Part shown: positions 13,276 through 27,454 of the stretch, one piece after another
Position numbering within the stretch: position 1 is the first letter of the stretch
How the letters are laid out: each line of letters begins with the position of its first letter
Assembly: GCF_947568905.1 (NCBI RefSeq)
Contig: NC_079165.1
Coordinates: 105,648,001-105,712,000 of the forward strand
From: Ostrea edulis
Lineage: Eukaryota
Direction: 5' to 3'
DNA: 64,000 nt
Position numbers and translations under genes: made by a program
Notes under the pieces: model-generated
The model's input: the letters and a program-made list of their open reading frames with translations, nothing else
Databases searched by the model: none
What the model was told of the DNA's origin: nothing

Positions 13276-13897
13276 CAGGAAAATGAAATATCATATTATT
13301 AACAAGATTTGTCAGCACACAACCAGGTTAGCTTAACAAGTGATCTCTTCTTGCTATCAGAAATAATATTTTTAGGAAATTGCTGCTTTGAAGATAATTT
13401 ATTGGGGAGTCAAAAGACAAGAGAAATCTAGACATTGTTAATTTGGCATTCCTTAGTATAACAATGTTGATTTAGAAAACACTGTGTAGGCTTTAGACTC
13501 CAAGAGATGTGTGTTTAATGGAGACGCACTGGAAGCCACAACTTATGAGTGTATTTCATGTGGCACAAACTTCCTCTTAAAAAAGTAACCCTGATAATTA
13601 AGGAGGAAAATCACTGACACCAGAGAAAATTGTTATGGATGAAAAGATGAGAGTAATATTTTGAAAACTTGAAAACTTTGCCTTAATTAGTGAAAAAATA
13701 CCAGTCTAAGAAGATACTCATCTGGAAAAAAAATAATAAAAATTCAGTATTAGTATGAGATTCAAACACATGATCTACAGATATGTCAGATCGGCAGATT
13801 TGTAAGCTACCCGGCTTGGCAAGGACAAGGAATATATTTAACACTGATGTTTATTTCCCCATTTGGTGTTTTGAAAGGAGGTGAACCATTATGATTA

Positions 13898-14108
13898 GGC
13901 CATCATTAAAAATATTATTGTTTGATGTACTCCGACCCACATTTTTCAAGGTGGGTCGGTAGGTAGGTGTTTTTGTTTGTTTGTTTTTTAATGTCATGAA
14001 ATTTTTTAATATTTAGTTTTAAAGTAAGGAGAATTTTCTATTATCAGGTAGGAGCAAATTTGACCGGTCGGTCGGAGTACATCAAACAAATCATTTTTAT
14101 TTTTGGCC
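13898..14108. mobile_element. 211-bp MITE with TTA target duplication, PIF/Harbinger-like
   Basis: ~40-bp TIR (GGCC...TTGTTTGATGTACTCCGACC / GGTCGGAGTACATCAAACAA...GGCC). TTA at 13895-13897 and 14109-14111. Confidence 0.8.
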
Positions 14109-16319
14109 TTAGATGAGACAGTTAGCAAAAAGTACTTCAACACATGTGCCACCAACTGGTGTTTGCCTGAAATGGTGTCTTTGGTGATGAATTGACCTTT
14201 AGGGATATTAGGTTTACAAGTTGGCTTTGCAATTTTGGAAAATCTATGAATTTTAGTTGATTACTTGGACTTTAGTTTGCAATGTTTTGTGTGGGATTTA
14301 ATTAATAGATGGTGATATTTTCGAGATGGATGGATGTACCAAATAAGTGGCTAAATCTCCTTTATCATTGCATCAATCATCATCATCTGGCCATTGTCAA
14401 AAGTGTATGGCGATCATCAGAAGAAAATTTGTTTAGTTAGAAGGAGACACAATTTCGCTGGTCAACAGCAATATTGAGCCTATGACTGAAAAAGTTTTGT
14501 TTAATTTCAATGCATGATATTAAAAGGTAAAAGCGATGTAGACTTCCTGGTGTTAAATGGTGTCACTGATCTTGGCATTGTTGGAAAGGACTTTACACTA
14601 TATAGTTTTGGCCAAGGTTAAGTAATGGACAGACAGATAAACAGGCAAGCCAAAAACATATATATATGTCTTGATCTATTATTTTGTGAGGATACAAGTA
14701 ATTTCATTCTGTACGGAATTTTATGTTCATTAATGAATTTATGAATGCGGAATGTAGTCATAGAATTAGTGATCACAGAGAAACCTCCTCATCAACAGCT
14801 GTTTTCTTTACTGAGCAGATAAAATGTGTATTAACAATTGTGCAAACTGCAAGACACTCAGATTCAATATCTTTACCCTATACATTTAAATTGAAAGACT
14901 CATAATATGTTTAGCAGGGTTAGTTCTTACAGGCAGAACCCTTAATCAGAATTTTAAAAAACTGTTTGTGCAGAGGATTTGTTTTGATTTTTTTTTTTTT
15001 TTTGGTCCACGTGATTGATATATGCCCTGATAGCCAAATGGGAGAAAGAAAATTCTCTCTTGATGTTAAAGTAAATTCCATCCATTTTAAATTAGAATTT
15101 TGACAAGTCTTTTCAGTGGCACTTGAATACTTGATTTGCTTTAAATAGCAACATTCTTTCATTCAAATATTGATTCAGGAAAGATTTGTAAATAAAAGTA
15201 GGCCTTAGGTGCCTTTGCAAATTTGCCATTGCAAAAATTCACCAAAAATTACTAAGGAGAATTAATTGACAGTTCATTCATGGAATTTTGTATTGGGCTG
15301 TATAAAACAGTGGCAATGAACAATATTCAGGTGATGAAACATTGCTATAAAGCTCTTAACAAACACAGTATTTGCTTTTTGGAAATCTTTAAAAAATTAT
15401 TTCTAAGGTTCTGGAGAAATAGCAGTCAATCTACCTAGCCAGAAATAAATTTCAAAAGATGAAATTTGCAGGGTTTGTTTGAATAGTGGCAAGCACATAA
15501 TGCCCAAAAGCTAAGATGTGTTCCTTTGATGGCTAAGAATAAAGAATAGCATATTTTACTAGAGGAAATCAATGTTATTCAGATGTAGAGTGATAAATGT
15601 TGAAGGGGTATTTATAGGATGACAATAATTCTAACCTTTTGTCAGAAGATGCTAGATAATAGGATTTCACCCTAGTTTATGAGCAGGCATGGGTAATATT
15701 GCCGTGAATTCCTTCAGGATACATGGCACATAAACTTGTCTGCTATTATATGGATGGAGTTACATTAAGGACAGTATTTGAAGAACAACTTGTTAAGATC
15801 TGTGAATTTTCTTTGCAGAATGTTTACTCCCATGCTGATGTGATATATACTATATATGCAAATGCAATAATCACTCTCTACCTCCTAAGTAGGACTAGCT
15901 GTACATCATTTGTTCATTATTACAGAAATATATAACCTAATGATTTTGTTATTACCCATAAATGAACATGTGAGGTCTGTGATGTCATTTGGGGTCATTG
16001 GGATCATGTCCTTTAAGACTCGTATAACGTACACTTAATTAAAAGAGATCTGTTCAGAGACTGTAGCTCTCATCTGCAGATGAAATAACATGCATTCAGG
16101 AGTACTGTCTTGTTACGAGATAACGAGAGTTCTTACAGCAGTTTACATGATGTGTTGAGGATGCTCACACACAAAGGAAGCAAGCAGTTTGCAGTCTTGT
16201 TCGTGAAAGTGAATCATTTTACATCAAGATGAACAAAACATTCTTGATTTAAAAAAAGGATTATAATAATGCGTTTGTATAAAAGATTAAGTGCTTTTTC
16301 TTGTCACCATGCTAGACTC

Positions 16320-16412
16320 ACACATGCACACACATACAAACAAACACACACACACCCAAACACTTGCACACCCAAACACTCACACACCTGAAAACACACA
16401 CACACACACCCA
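16320..16412. repeat. Degenerate (CA)n/(CAAA)n microsatellite
   Basis: Interrupted CA runs. Confidence 0.7.
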
Positions 16413-18761
16413 AACATGAAATAAAACCTTTTGAAGTAATTAATTTCCAATGGTTTTATGTTGTGTATCTAGGACTTGCTCTGAGTTCATTGGCAGATAT
16501 TTCTACTCAGCAAATAAGACTTCCTCCTTTTTAATGAGTAAAACTGGTGCAATTTTCCACAGATCCGAGGAACACAGGGATATGGTTGTTGTCTGGCATA
16601 TTAATAAAGACTGGGTCGATGCAATCCTTAGCTTATGTGCTCAATAAAATTGGGTGTGTCTCCATTTACACGGAAGTATGGCGTGTATACATTATTTTTA
16701 TAACATGTTTCCTTAACTTCCATACTACAAAATGAAAAAATTACAAGCTGATTAAGGAGAATGCATTATGTTGCTCTTTTATTAATTATTTTTTTTTCAT
16801 TTAAAAGATATGTGCATGTCTTTACTCTTCAGAAGTAACAGATCAGATGTTTTTAGTACATAGATTTACTCACAGAAACCATGTCATTAACTATAAAACA
16901 ATTGCTGAATATTTTTTTTAATGATTATATGTTTAAATCTGGGGGTTGGCTGTCTTATCTCTGCCAATGCTTGCTTTCTTGATGCTATATACCAAATAAC
17001 ATAGGAGGGCTGGCAATGAATTGCCTTGCTACTAGGTTCACTACTATAGTGGGTTTTTTTTTTTTTAGGTCAAATGTTGCTAATCACATTTCGTGGGCAG
17101 ATCCTGCAGGGGAATAGAGAGATTTGGCCCCCCTGGAATTTCCCTCTAAAAATATTTATCAGTAGAAAATTACAAAAATAATTTTTCCTCTGCCAGGGAT
17201 TCACTGTAATACATGTACTACATTGTATATTAATCTCTTTTCAAGCTATATTTTCCAGGGCTTTTGCCACCTTTAAACATAACACTAATTTACAATTTAA
17301 CATTTATTCTTAAGTTTTGCAAGTAGACAAGTTTGTTGGCCATTGCTGGTGTTTAAAACTTGTAAAAGTTGTACACAGGTACCCAATGCCTGGCCATTCC
17401 CTCCAATGTGTCGTGTGCACTCTCTATATACACATGATGGAGGCAGTTGGCCACGAGTTTGGTGTCAATGATGATTTACACAAATACATGTAAAAGGACC
17501 TCAGGTTCTAACATTTACATTCCTCATTACATGATCACATGACTGGCATGTGTCCCCTACAGCACAAATATAAACATGTAAGACATATAATAGATGAGCT
17601 TGCTTTTTTTTATCATCCCCTCACAAGAAGGAGAGTGAGTGGAATATTAAATGCTGCTGTAAAGTGTAAATATGTTAGTATGTGGGTGGGGTACCTTATG
17701 TGCATTAGATTTAAAGAAAACAGTATCACTGGAGGTGAGCAAACTTTGCAGGAACTTGCTCCCCATGGTGAGAAGTCCAACACTATATTTTCAAGGTCAT
17801 GAGTGAAAATTGTCACATTAGTTTGTATATAGTCAATCGTTATTCAAAATATTCACAAGTGTAACTTGAAGATATTCTTACTGAAAAGTACAAATCTGTG
17901 AAAAAAATTCATGCATGTTTATTACACTTCATTTATTTTTATTTTTTAATTGAGGGCCATGCTAATATTAAAACTCCCTGAAAGACTTTGTCAAAGTGTA
18001 GCACAATTTCCCCATGAAAATCAAGAGCTCTACTAATATGCATTGTTACTACATATCAAAAGAAGCTCTTAGCAAAAATAAATGTATCTATAATTGTTCT
18101 GAAAATTCAAGGTGCAAAAGGAAATTTGCTGGAACCAGAAATTATCTGGGCCATTTTATGAATGAAATAGACCTAGCTCTTTTTAAGATTTGCAGATTAA
18201 AAAGAACACATATCACAATGGTTTTTAATCTGTCAGGATGTTCCAACTTTAGCTCTCTGCAAGTGACAGACTCCCATGCTGTGGATATTAATCTCTAGAA
18301 TTTTCAGGAATTAGTTAGAACAGGAGATGACTTGCTGTCATGTAGAACTTTATTACTTGAAGCTCTGCACAGAAGTGTTGAAATCGTTTTGCTGACATTT
18401 GACATTTTCCGCATTTATTATACATATGATTGGAGAAAGAGACTCAATATGCAGCAGGAAGACTATTATTTATGAATGTTTTTATGAGGAAGATATATGA
18501 CAGGACTCCAACATATTGGATGCTATGTAGAGAGATACCATTTGGAATTTTATGTAAAGAGTACAAGGAATGGTGTAACATAGAAAGCTTCTGTTGAGAA
18601 TCAAATCCACTGGGACATCTAGCATGTTACAATCTGATGCTCTACTGATCAAGCATAAAGGTTAATTCCCCAGCCAGAGCAGGTAGAAAGGCCATGTTTC
18701 TAAACACAGTCTTATTGTTGTTTACCAGAAGGCATTCCCACTCTCTAGAGTTCCAACGCTA

Positions 18762-19003
18762 GTGGGGCGAAGTTCTGGAGTCAGATACTCACCCGCCAGA
18801 AAGTAAGTAAGTCTCATTGGCTTGTGGGGCGAAGTTCTGGGGTCAGTTACTCACCCACCAGAGAGTAAGTAAGTCTCATTGGCTTGCGGGTAGAAGTTCT
18901 GGGGTTAAATACTCGCCCACCAGAAAGCAAGTCTCATTGGCTTGTGGGGCAAAGTTCTGGGGTCAGTCACGTAACCCACCAGAAAGAAAGTCTCATCATT
19001 GGC
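18762..19003. repeat. Four tandem ~58-62-bp units next to a tRNA-derived head
   Basis: Unit GTGGGGCGAAGTTCTGGGGTCAGTTACTCACCCACCAGAAAGTAAG(TAAG)TCTCATTGGCTT x4. The reverse complement of ~19030-19107 has a B-box-like GTTCGAATC. Confidence 0.8.
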
Positions 19004-19559
19004 ACCAAATGTAACAGACAGTATTTACCTCTGCAGAGATTCGAACACTGGAACTCTGACGCAGCAATCCAGTGCTCAGGTCGTCTATTTATCTAACACT
19101 AGTGCTGTACTGCTCAAGACATTGAAAAGTGCGTACTGTCAGCCCCAAAATATTAGGATTATGGTAGAAATTTCAAGAAGTTGTGAATTGCAAAATGAAG
19201 ATACAAAGTACAAAGAGTTTAATCAGAGCATTTCTCCCACAAAATAGTCATTAATACCATTTATGTAAAATACACCATATTTATTTTGAAATGGATAGCA
19301 AACAGGTTATTGCATGGTAGTTTTTCAACAAGAAAATAAAAAGCATTGAGCAAAAAAAAGGCACTTGCATATACATATCATTTAAATGGAAGTTTTAGCG
19401 AGACGCAAATTTTGCGATTTTTTCATAAAAATGGGTATGTATATTTAGTGAGAGCTAATTTTACTAGGGACTTTATAATTTCAGGAAAGGTAACTATTAC
19501 ATGTACCTCCGATATGGAATAGATTATTAGCGACATTCAATTTTAGCGACCTCACATCA

Positions 19560-19622
19560 TTATATATATATATGTATATATATATATTTTTTTTTTTATT
19601 TATATATATATATATATATACA
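19560..19622. repeat. (TA)n microsatellite with T-run
   Basis: Direct inspection. Confidence 0.8.
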
Positions 19623-22600
19623 CATGTATATATTAAGTCCTTGTACTCGCCTGTTGTAACAACAGAACTATCTAATCCAGCCATTCCGTGAATTTTACCC
19701 GCATTCTAGGGCCATAGAAATGTAATGAATTAAAGAAAGCAATGAGTACCCATTTATGTAGAAATTTTTAGGAACTGAATGGCGTTTATAAGGAAATATT
19801 ACTTAGAAACAGGGAAACTTTAAAATGCTATAATGTTTCCTTTGTTACTGCATGAAGTGATTATTTAAGAGATTTTTAGATACTCCTTTCCTTGGTTAAA
19901 TTTTCACCAGGTCACAGACTTCTCATATCAAAGTGCAAATAGAATTAAAAAATAATCAATTTAGGTGATTATCTGCAGATTCTATAGATTTTCCTCTTTT
20001 GTATACATGAAATTAATGTTGATTGCAAGCATTTTTTGAGGTTTCCAAAGTGAAATGGAATACCTTGTAGTTTGATTTAAATGGTAGAGAAACGATCTAA
20101 ATGGTAGAGAATTAATGTAGTAAATGTGATTCCTAGTATTGCATGCTGTGGCAACCTGACCAGGTATCGACCTATAGCTTCATACAACGGATAGATTTTC
20201 AAAAAATGCAATGTCTAACTTTTAAAGTATCGCTACGCACCATCATTCCTGGAATGCAAATTAATACATGTTTTACAAAGAAATAAAACAGACATAAATT
20301 TTGAAGTGATACTGCTTAACTTGACAGATGACTCCATTTCTGTTTTTAGACTTCCACACATACATATATATCAAACGGAGATATTAGTGAATGCAAAAAA
20401 ACAACCCAAAAACTGAATGTACTTTGTTAAAAAGTAGAATATTTAAAAAAAAGAAAAAATTATTATTATTATGTAATTGTGTGTTTTGTATAAACATATA
20501 TTCATAAAAGGATTTATTCAAAATTAGATCCTTTGATGGGCTCAATAGGTCGCTACCATGTGAGCTGATTAGGGAATCAAATTGTATTACATGTACTACT
20601 CCTGAGGAAGTTGGGAAGAGTTTATGTTCAATCATTTTCCCTAAGAGTTATATACATAAGCCTTATCTAAACCGAATTTGCTTGGAAGTTGCATCTAAGG
20701 ATGTTCTTTGAATTACTTCTCTAGAGCTTCATTCGTTGAATTTGGTTACCATTATATACCAAATCACAAACAATGTATATATTCATACTGTATATACTAA
20801 ACATATAAAAAAGATAGACTTGTTGGAGTTTTTTTTATCAATCATCAAAGTAACATGGGATATACAATTGATTTTTCATGTCTCTTTAAGTCATTGAACC
20901 ACTGTCTTTTCTGTCTGTTACATCTTAAAATTTTCCTTTGTGCTCTATTGTACAGATTTTAGTAATGATTAATTAACTTTTTACAGAAATTACCCCGATA
21001 TGGCTTGGAGCATAAAACACCTACATATTTCTCGGAATTTCTTAAGCCCATGCAGAATTGGGCAGTATTGACGTGAGCAAGAAATAAATGTTCCTAATAT
21101 AATTTCACAACAATACCAATCTATAATATTAAGTCCTTCCTCTCAATAAATTTTCTCCGTCTTTCGAATTCGTCATTGATTGTACAGCAAAGTGAGTAAT
21201 GGGAATGCAGCCTCCTTTTTGCAAGAAATATTTTTAATTAAAACAAGATTATAATGTGCCACAAAAGGGGCAGCAATCCCCCCCCCCCCCCCCCCTCCCT
21301 TAACCCATGCGCTTTGACTGTACTTGGAGTAAGATATTACTGTTTCACAAATATGTATTCATCAAGATATGAAAAAAATATTATCATGGCATACTTACAT
21401 TTATTGAAGGTGCTGTGTTTCACTGGTAGGGAGCACATGCCACAGTCATGTGATCATGTAATGAGGAATGTGAATGCTTTTACATGTATCAATGGCCATC
21501 ATCGATGTTAACCATGTGGATTCTTTTTTATTCATTTCTTCTTTTTGTGCTTGTATTAAATTTTGAGATAGTTGTTGTTAAGAGATTACTTCATTATGGT
21601 GTATATCTCAATGAAAGACAATGATATTCTTTTTCATTAAAAAACTACTTTCCGTACTGTTCTTTGTACAGTTCTGTAAATCCAGAGTACTGGTAGCCCT
21701 TCCTTTCTATGACTTACATGTAACCATGGTAACTGCCGTTCTCAGACTATGATACCTTTGGTGTTTTTACAGGAATTCTTTTTGAAATTTTATGTTGTTG
21801 CTGGTTTAGTCTGAATCCTAATACGTATATCAAGACTGTCTGTGTAAACATGTCAAAGAATCAATTTTCCATCCCTTCATGCAGTTTGTTTAGTTGTATA
21901 GCTTTGTTGTGGATTAGGTTCCATATCTGATTAGCAGTACATGTATTATGACTAAGACAGCAAGAAAAGGCCGTTTTGATTTGATATCAGATTCTGTATA
22001 TAGATATTGATGTTTTGTTGAGACTAGTTATACATTACTTTTGTTCATTGACTGAAGAGAAGGACAAAGCTGTACATGAACTGTCACTTCTAAAAGCACT
22101 GTCAGCACATCTGTGTCTTGTGTCACTTTTATGCTTCTCAGTCTGAGGCCATTTTTGAACAATATTCTTCTGCATTGATTGCCCTCTCTGGAGGTTTTCC
22201 ACTGTTTGCTTGAGGATTCTAGATACATTATGGCAAATAACTTTGTCTTCCATGGAACTGTTTCTTGTCTTATCGATTGGGCATAAAAAAATTAATAATC
22301 AAGAAACCAAGTTTGCTATTTAATGTATTTTTGAAGCCAGAAAATTGATTCACTTTTACGTCTTAATTATGTCATTTAATTTTATACCTCTTGGAAACAG
22401 TGCATTCCCAATACAATGGAACACCCATCTTTCAACTTATACTAAACTCTACAAATTTTGAAATGGTGAATAAGATCAATCCTTTATTTGTTTGCTTATT
22501 AGTTTTACATTATTTTGAGAACTTTTCACTCATTGTGAGATGTCATCATTTGCCACAAAATCAGATATAATACATAACACTCACTTTCATTGCAAGGAGT

Positions 22601-25600
22601 CTGCCAGGGTTCCTTAAAGTTGTATGGTTCGAATTTCCATATTTATCCACCGTGTGAAAATGCTGTTAAATCATCGCACATATGTATTTATGAGGTTCTA
22701 CAACATGTCATACATCATTTCACTTGTCTTAACCAGAATTATTTGATTTTAAATTGTGTTTACAAACAACTGTCACTCGGCCATTTCATGTGAGAGTCAC
22801 ATGTCCAGTTCAGGCTTTCAGATTATCGGTGGTCTTATCTGTGAAAAACTATGTGTCTTTTTACAACAGTACCATGCCATAAGTTTAAAAGAAATAAAAA
22901 TATCAAATGCCTCTTAGTAATTCGTTGTTTTGTGCACTATCAGCTATAAAGTTAGAGAGTTGCGTCTGAGTTATATACATCATGTTGGGATTCCTCTGAT
23001 GTGAGTGGGGCTATTTATAGACGCCTAACAGACAATGTATAATTTTTGCATACCCACTATATTTACATTTAATATTATTAAATCTTCTCTCTGTTTTCTT
23101 TCACATGCAAATGTTTTCAAGCATGTACTTAAGGGAAAGTTAATAATTTTAAAAACTAATTAATCTGCTCTAAAGTAATTATGTTTAAAAAATGATACAT
23201 GAACACTGGATCATACAGCTTTAATGTGCTATATACTGGCAGTGTGAGTTAATCTAAATCCATTTAGTTAATAATAGGAGTTACCTGCCCTGTCTAAAAT
23301 ATAAGGGGGGGGGGGGGGTAGTATGCAAATTTTTTCATGAAATCCTTCTAGTTGTTGAAGAATTAGTTTTCCCCACAGGTATCGATGCAAACTTTATTGA
23401 GCAATGTTTCGTAAGAGGATTATCATTTTGAAACCCATTAGGTTGTTCCATTGTTGAAGTGAAGTCTAAAGTTCCTAAATACCTTAAAGAGGCATTAGCT
23501 GCCTAAGCTATTACTTTGCTGATTATTGCCAAACTGTCTGTAACAGCTTTAGATTGCATAAGAATTGCGATATATCCTTCAACCTTTGTTACAAATTCTG
23601 ACTTAGAACCTCATTTCTTGATAATAGAAACAATGACCAAAATATTTCTGTATGGGACTGAATAATTCAGTGCGGGATTTCTTGACATAATATTCACAAA
23701 ATTCTATGAAAAGGTCACTTTTTTATTCTGAAATTAATATCTTGACTTTAAAAATATTCCTGCATTTTATATTATCCATGGTTCGGAATTTGAAAAGTTG
23801 CCATTTTAAGTGTTTTGTGTTAAAATTTAGGTGCAATTGTAGTTTCATTCAACCAGACACTTGCCTGTTTCCATAAACTACAACAAATGAGAGTTTGGTA
23901 AAGATTTGCTATAACAGTTAATTATGACCAGTTTGGTTTGATTTAAATTATGACAAAAAATATTAAAATTAGAGGCACATATGCATTATAAATCATGAAA
24001 CTGTCTATAGATTTTCTATTCTTAATCTGTTTTTGATTAACACTGCAGAAGATGCGACGATAATAAAGGAATTGTGATGGAGCTCTGTAGCCTACTTTCA
24101 CTAAATGGTCTCCGAAAGCAATTTTTAAAAATCGGTGTACAGGACAGTCTTTTTACATCTTTACCCATTAGGGTAGCACTGCAAAATATCTTTCCTGTCA
24201 ACTATACTTGTTGAACAGTTGACCTTTAGTTCTTCGAGTTTGAAAAGTAAATTCAAGTATTTTGGAGATGTGGTCTTATTAAATAAGCCAATCAGATTCA
24301 ATACCAGAATTCTGCTAAGCCTCATTCTGACAACACAACTGTAACATCTTGAATCTTTCCCAGACACTTGCTCATTGGAGTTTATGGAAGTAGCCAAACA
24401 TCTTGTGGAAGGAGACTAGTGACACGGACAGTTCATATTTTAGCCATTTTAATTGTAGTGTCACATGGTACATATCCAGTCAAAGCATTTCCATATTGTG
24501 CAAAAGAAATTCAAATGAGTATGGTGAAACAAACCAGATAATAAAATATGTGTTTTAGGCAATGCTTCTATGCTTGAAAAAAATCTGATGGTGACAGAAT
24601 TTAAGGAGTGAGGACCCAGAGAACTAATGGGGACGTGATTCATAGTAACAAACTTCTCACACTCCCAATATTTACGACTTAACATTACAGAAAGAAATTG
24701 ATAGATTCTGGTGTTGCTGCTGCTGACATGGGATGTTTTTTCTCCTCATTTTATGGTGTTGGTGGTAATGTTCTGCATTAACTGATTTAGGCTTAGAACC
24801 AGTCTGGTGTATGTAGACAGAATGATATTGAGTTGATGCCGTAGTAGCATCAGTGATATATATGTAGTCTTTTATGCGTTATTACTTTCTCTTGGAAATT
24901 CTTTCATGCAAGTAACAAGATTGTTTAGGTACATGTACCTAGACATTATCTATTTGATTGGTGTATATGTGCTTTTATTTTTTTTGGTGTGGTACAGATT
25001 TCCGCAATGTTAGCAGTCTTGGAAAATGTGCGTTTGGGTCACGGTCACTTGCAAGTTTAAGCAAAATTACCATTTTTAAAAAAGACCAGCTTTCCAGTGA
25101 ATGTTGATGGAGTGTAGGGTGTACCATATTGAAAATAGATCTTATATAGAAATATAAAGTAGAGTTGGATGATTAGGTAGATGATTTGAATTCACTGACA
25201 AATTAAATTCCCCTGAGTATTTCAACCCAGCTTTACATTTAATGTACATGTATAATTGATGACCTGTTTTGATGATAGATGAGTTTATGTTTATTTTTGT
25301 TTTCCTCCCTTCCTCCATCCCTCAAATCTTTTTGAAAATATGACTTGACATGAAATGTAGATTTGAATACCATGAAATTTAGATTTGAATAGCCATATTT
25401 CAACTAGAAGATGGGTTTTGCAATGGTCGGTAAGGGTATTGAGTAAAGAATTATATATATACAATGTATGTGTGGTCCATGTAATTATTGCACATGTACA
25501 TGTATATTGATATCTCCGGAACATGAATTGTTGTACATGTATCCCAATGACTTAGTAGTTATAATAATGAATAGGGAGGCTATTTTGGAGTTAACAGTGA

Positions 25601-26467
25601 AAGCAGTTCATACAAGTTTAAAATTGCCCATGGTAATGCAGTTCAAGCAGAACTCTGAGCAATACTGAGCAGTGATATACTGCTTCATAGAAATAGTATG
25701 ATGAAATATTAAATTGAAAATAATTATTTTCATCACAGATAAATCTTCAGGGTGATAAACCTGTGGGCTATATTGGAAACATAAATCCACAGAATTATGA
25801 CCCAGCAGAAGAAACTACATCTTCTATACTCGTGTATCTGCACCAATGCAGAAATTTATGCACATTGCTATTAAAATTAGAAATATTATCAATGTTTTTG
25901 TTTTATGGTTGCAAAATGAAATGCATCAATCTTCAGGAACCATCAGAGTGCTTTCTTTTCTTACATTTATCGTTATATCAGAATTATTATTTTGTGATTG
26001 TTTAGTCATCTTGGAGATGAATTTTGCTTTATTGCCAATGTATTAAAGCTTATATTCCCTTCAACCATGTTCGTACCATTGTTAGCATTTAGATAAGGAC
26101 AAGTGGCCTCTCAATTAACTGGTATGAGTTTGGGAAATCAAGGTTAAACTGTATTTTTTTCCATAATGTGATCTATGTTACACAAAAGTACACCAAAGAT
26201 ATTCTGGTTAGCCATTCAAGATGGTGACATGTTCTTATAATTATCTTCATGATGTCATTTATCACTTCACCCTTGAGTTATGTTAGCACCTGGGAAAAAT
26301 GTCAGATCTAGCAATCACTGTTCAATGGGTAATTAATATGCACCTGCTTGACACGAAACATTCCAGGTTGAACTTGGGACTGTCAGTTCTACAAAGACAA
26401 ATGATAGATCTCCTGGAAGTGGTATTTTGAAAACTTAATATAAATATTTGTCTTTGATTCTTTGCAG

Positions 26468-26551
26468 ACAACAGGACCTATAAAGTCCTGATAGAGGAGT
26501 ATGATACCAGTAAATCTACCTATGCAGTCAGACACACCGAGGAACAGAAAG
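26468..26551 (+). CDS. ADCY9: ADCY9 exon 2 (84 nt, phase 1-1)
   Basis: ttctttgcag|AC...AAAG|gttggt. Open reading (D)NRTYKVLIEEYDTSKSTYAVRHTEEQK. Phases fit exons 1 and 3. Confidence 0.65.
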
Positions 26552-27276
26552 GTTGGTCCTCTTAAATCGATACCAGGGAAATAAAAAGGTCAGCCATTGA
26601 CTATTAACCCCAGGCTCATCTGCATTAGTATAAATAAGGAGAGTTGGATTTCATAATAAAAATGTATCGGCGATTCCATTAGGAACTGGTTGCTTTAAAG
26701 CAGTCGCTTCCAAATCATTATAAAATTTTGCAGATCAATATATGGTAATGTTTATAAGACACTGGAGATGGTTAAAAGCCATCATTTTCACTGTGTCCAT
26801 TTTGTTTGGTTCATTTTAGGGTCATTTGCCCCGTCTTAAATTCTGTTTTGTTTGCTTACATTGTTTTAAAAAAAAAACAACTGATGATAATAAACTAATT
26901 ATGCACTGTCTGTAGGAAAAATGGTCCAAGACTAATGTCTTCTAGTAATTCTAAAAGACTAAAAGGAAAATGGTATTTGGCAGCATTAGCTTCAGAGAAT
27001 TAATTGTAAACCATTTTCATTTGTGTATGAAAAATATCTGCAAGATGAACAACTTGCTGCCCTATAAGCTGTAAGGGCAGACTTCACATGCTCAATAAAT
27101 GTCATCTATATCCTTGGGAATGGATTTTCAACAGCCCTCTAATAAAGGAAGATGTGATGGTTGTTGACTTTCAGTAATCTCCAGTATGGTGACTGCTATG
27201 CTATAATAGATTAAGAAGTTGATGCATTTGCAGCTGACCAAATAAAATACTGATAAAGATTTCACAATTTCTGTAG

Positions 27277-27454
27277 TAATCAAGACTTATTTCATCAATG
27301 GATACAAGAATGAGACAACCAAAGAGGACGATGAAGGAGTGGATCCAACTTCTAGTAATCAGCCGGGAGCAGACAGTGGTACAGGGCATGCAGAGGGAAA
27401 TCCAGACGACTTGGATGAGGTGGAACACATTGAAATCAAGATTCAATTACATGC
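27277..27454 (+). CDS. ADCY9: ADCY9 exon 3 (end of C1a, start of C1b)
   Basis: tttctgtag|TA. Translates (V)IKTYFINGYKNETTKEDDEG..., where IKTYFING matches the conserved xKTYLIxG motif. Donor uncertain: GC|gtaaaa at 27455, or GAG|gtggaa at ~27420. Confidence 0.85.

Noticed and set aside
18762-19003. Regularly spaced palindromic repeats as a CRISPR array
   Set aside because: Eukaryotic intron, no unique spacers, no cas genes.
25751-25831. Coding-like stretch GDKPVGYIGNINPQNYDPAEETTSSIL as an ADCY9 exon
   Set aside because: Phase 0 boundaries inside a phase 1 intron, and no homology support.
10017-26400. Numerous 60-95 aa ORFs in ADCY9 intron 1
   Set aside because: Low-complexity AT-rich composition and no domains; lengths expected by chance.
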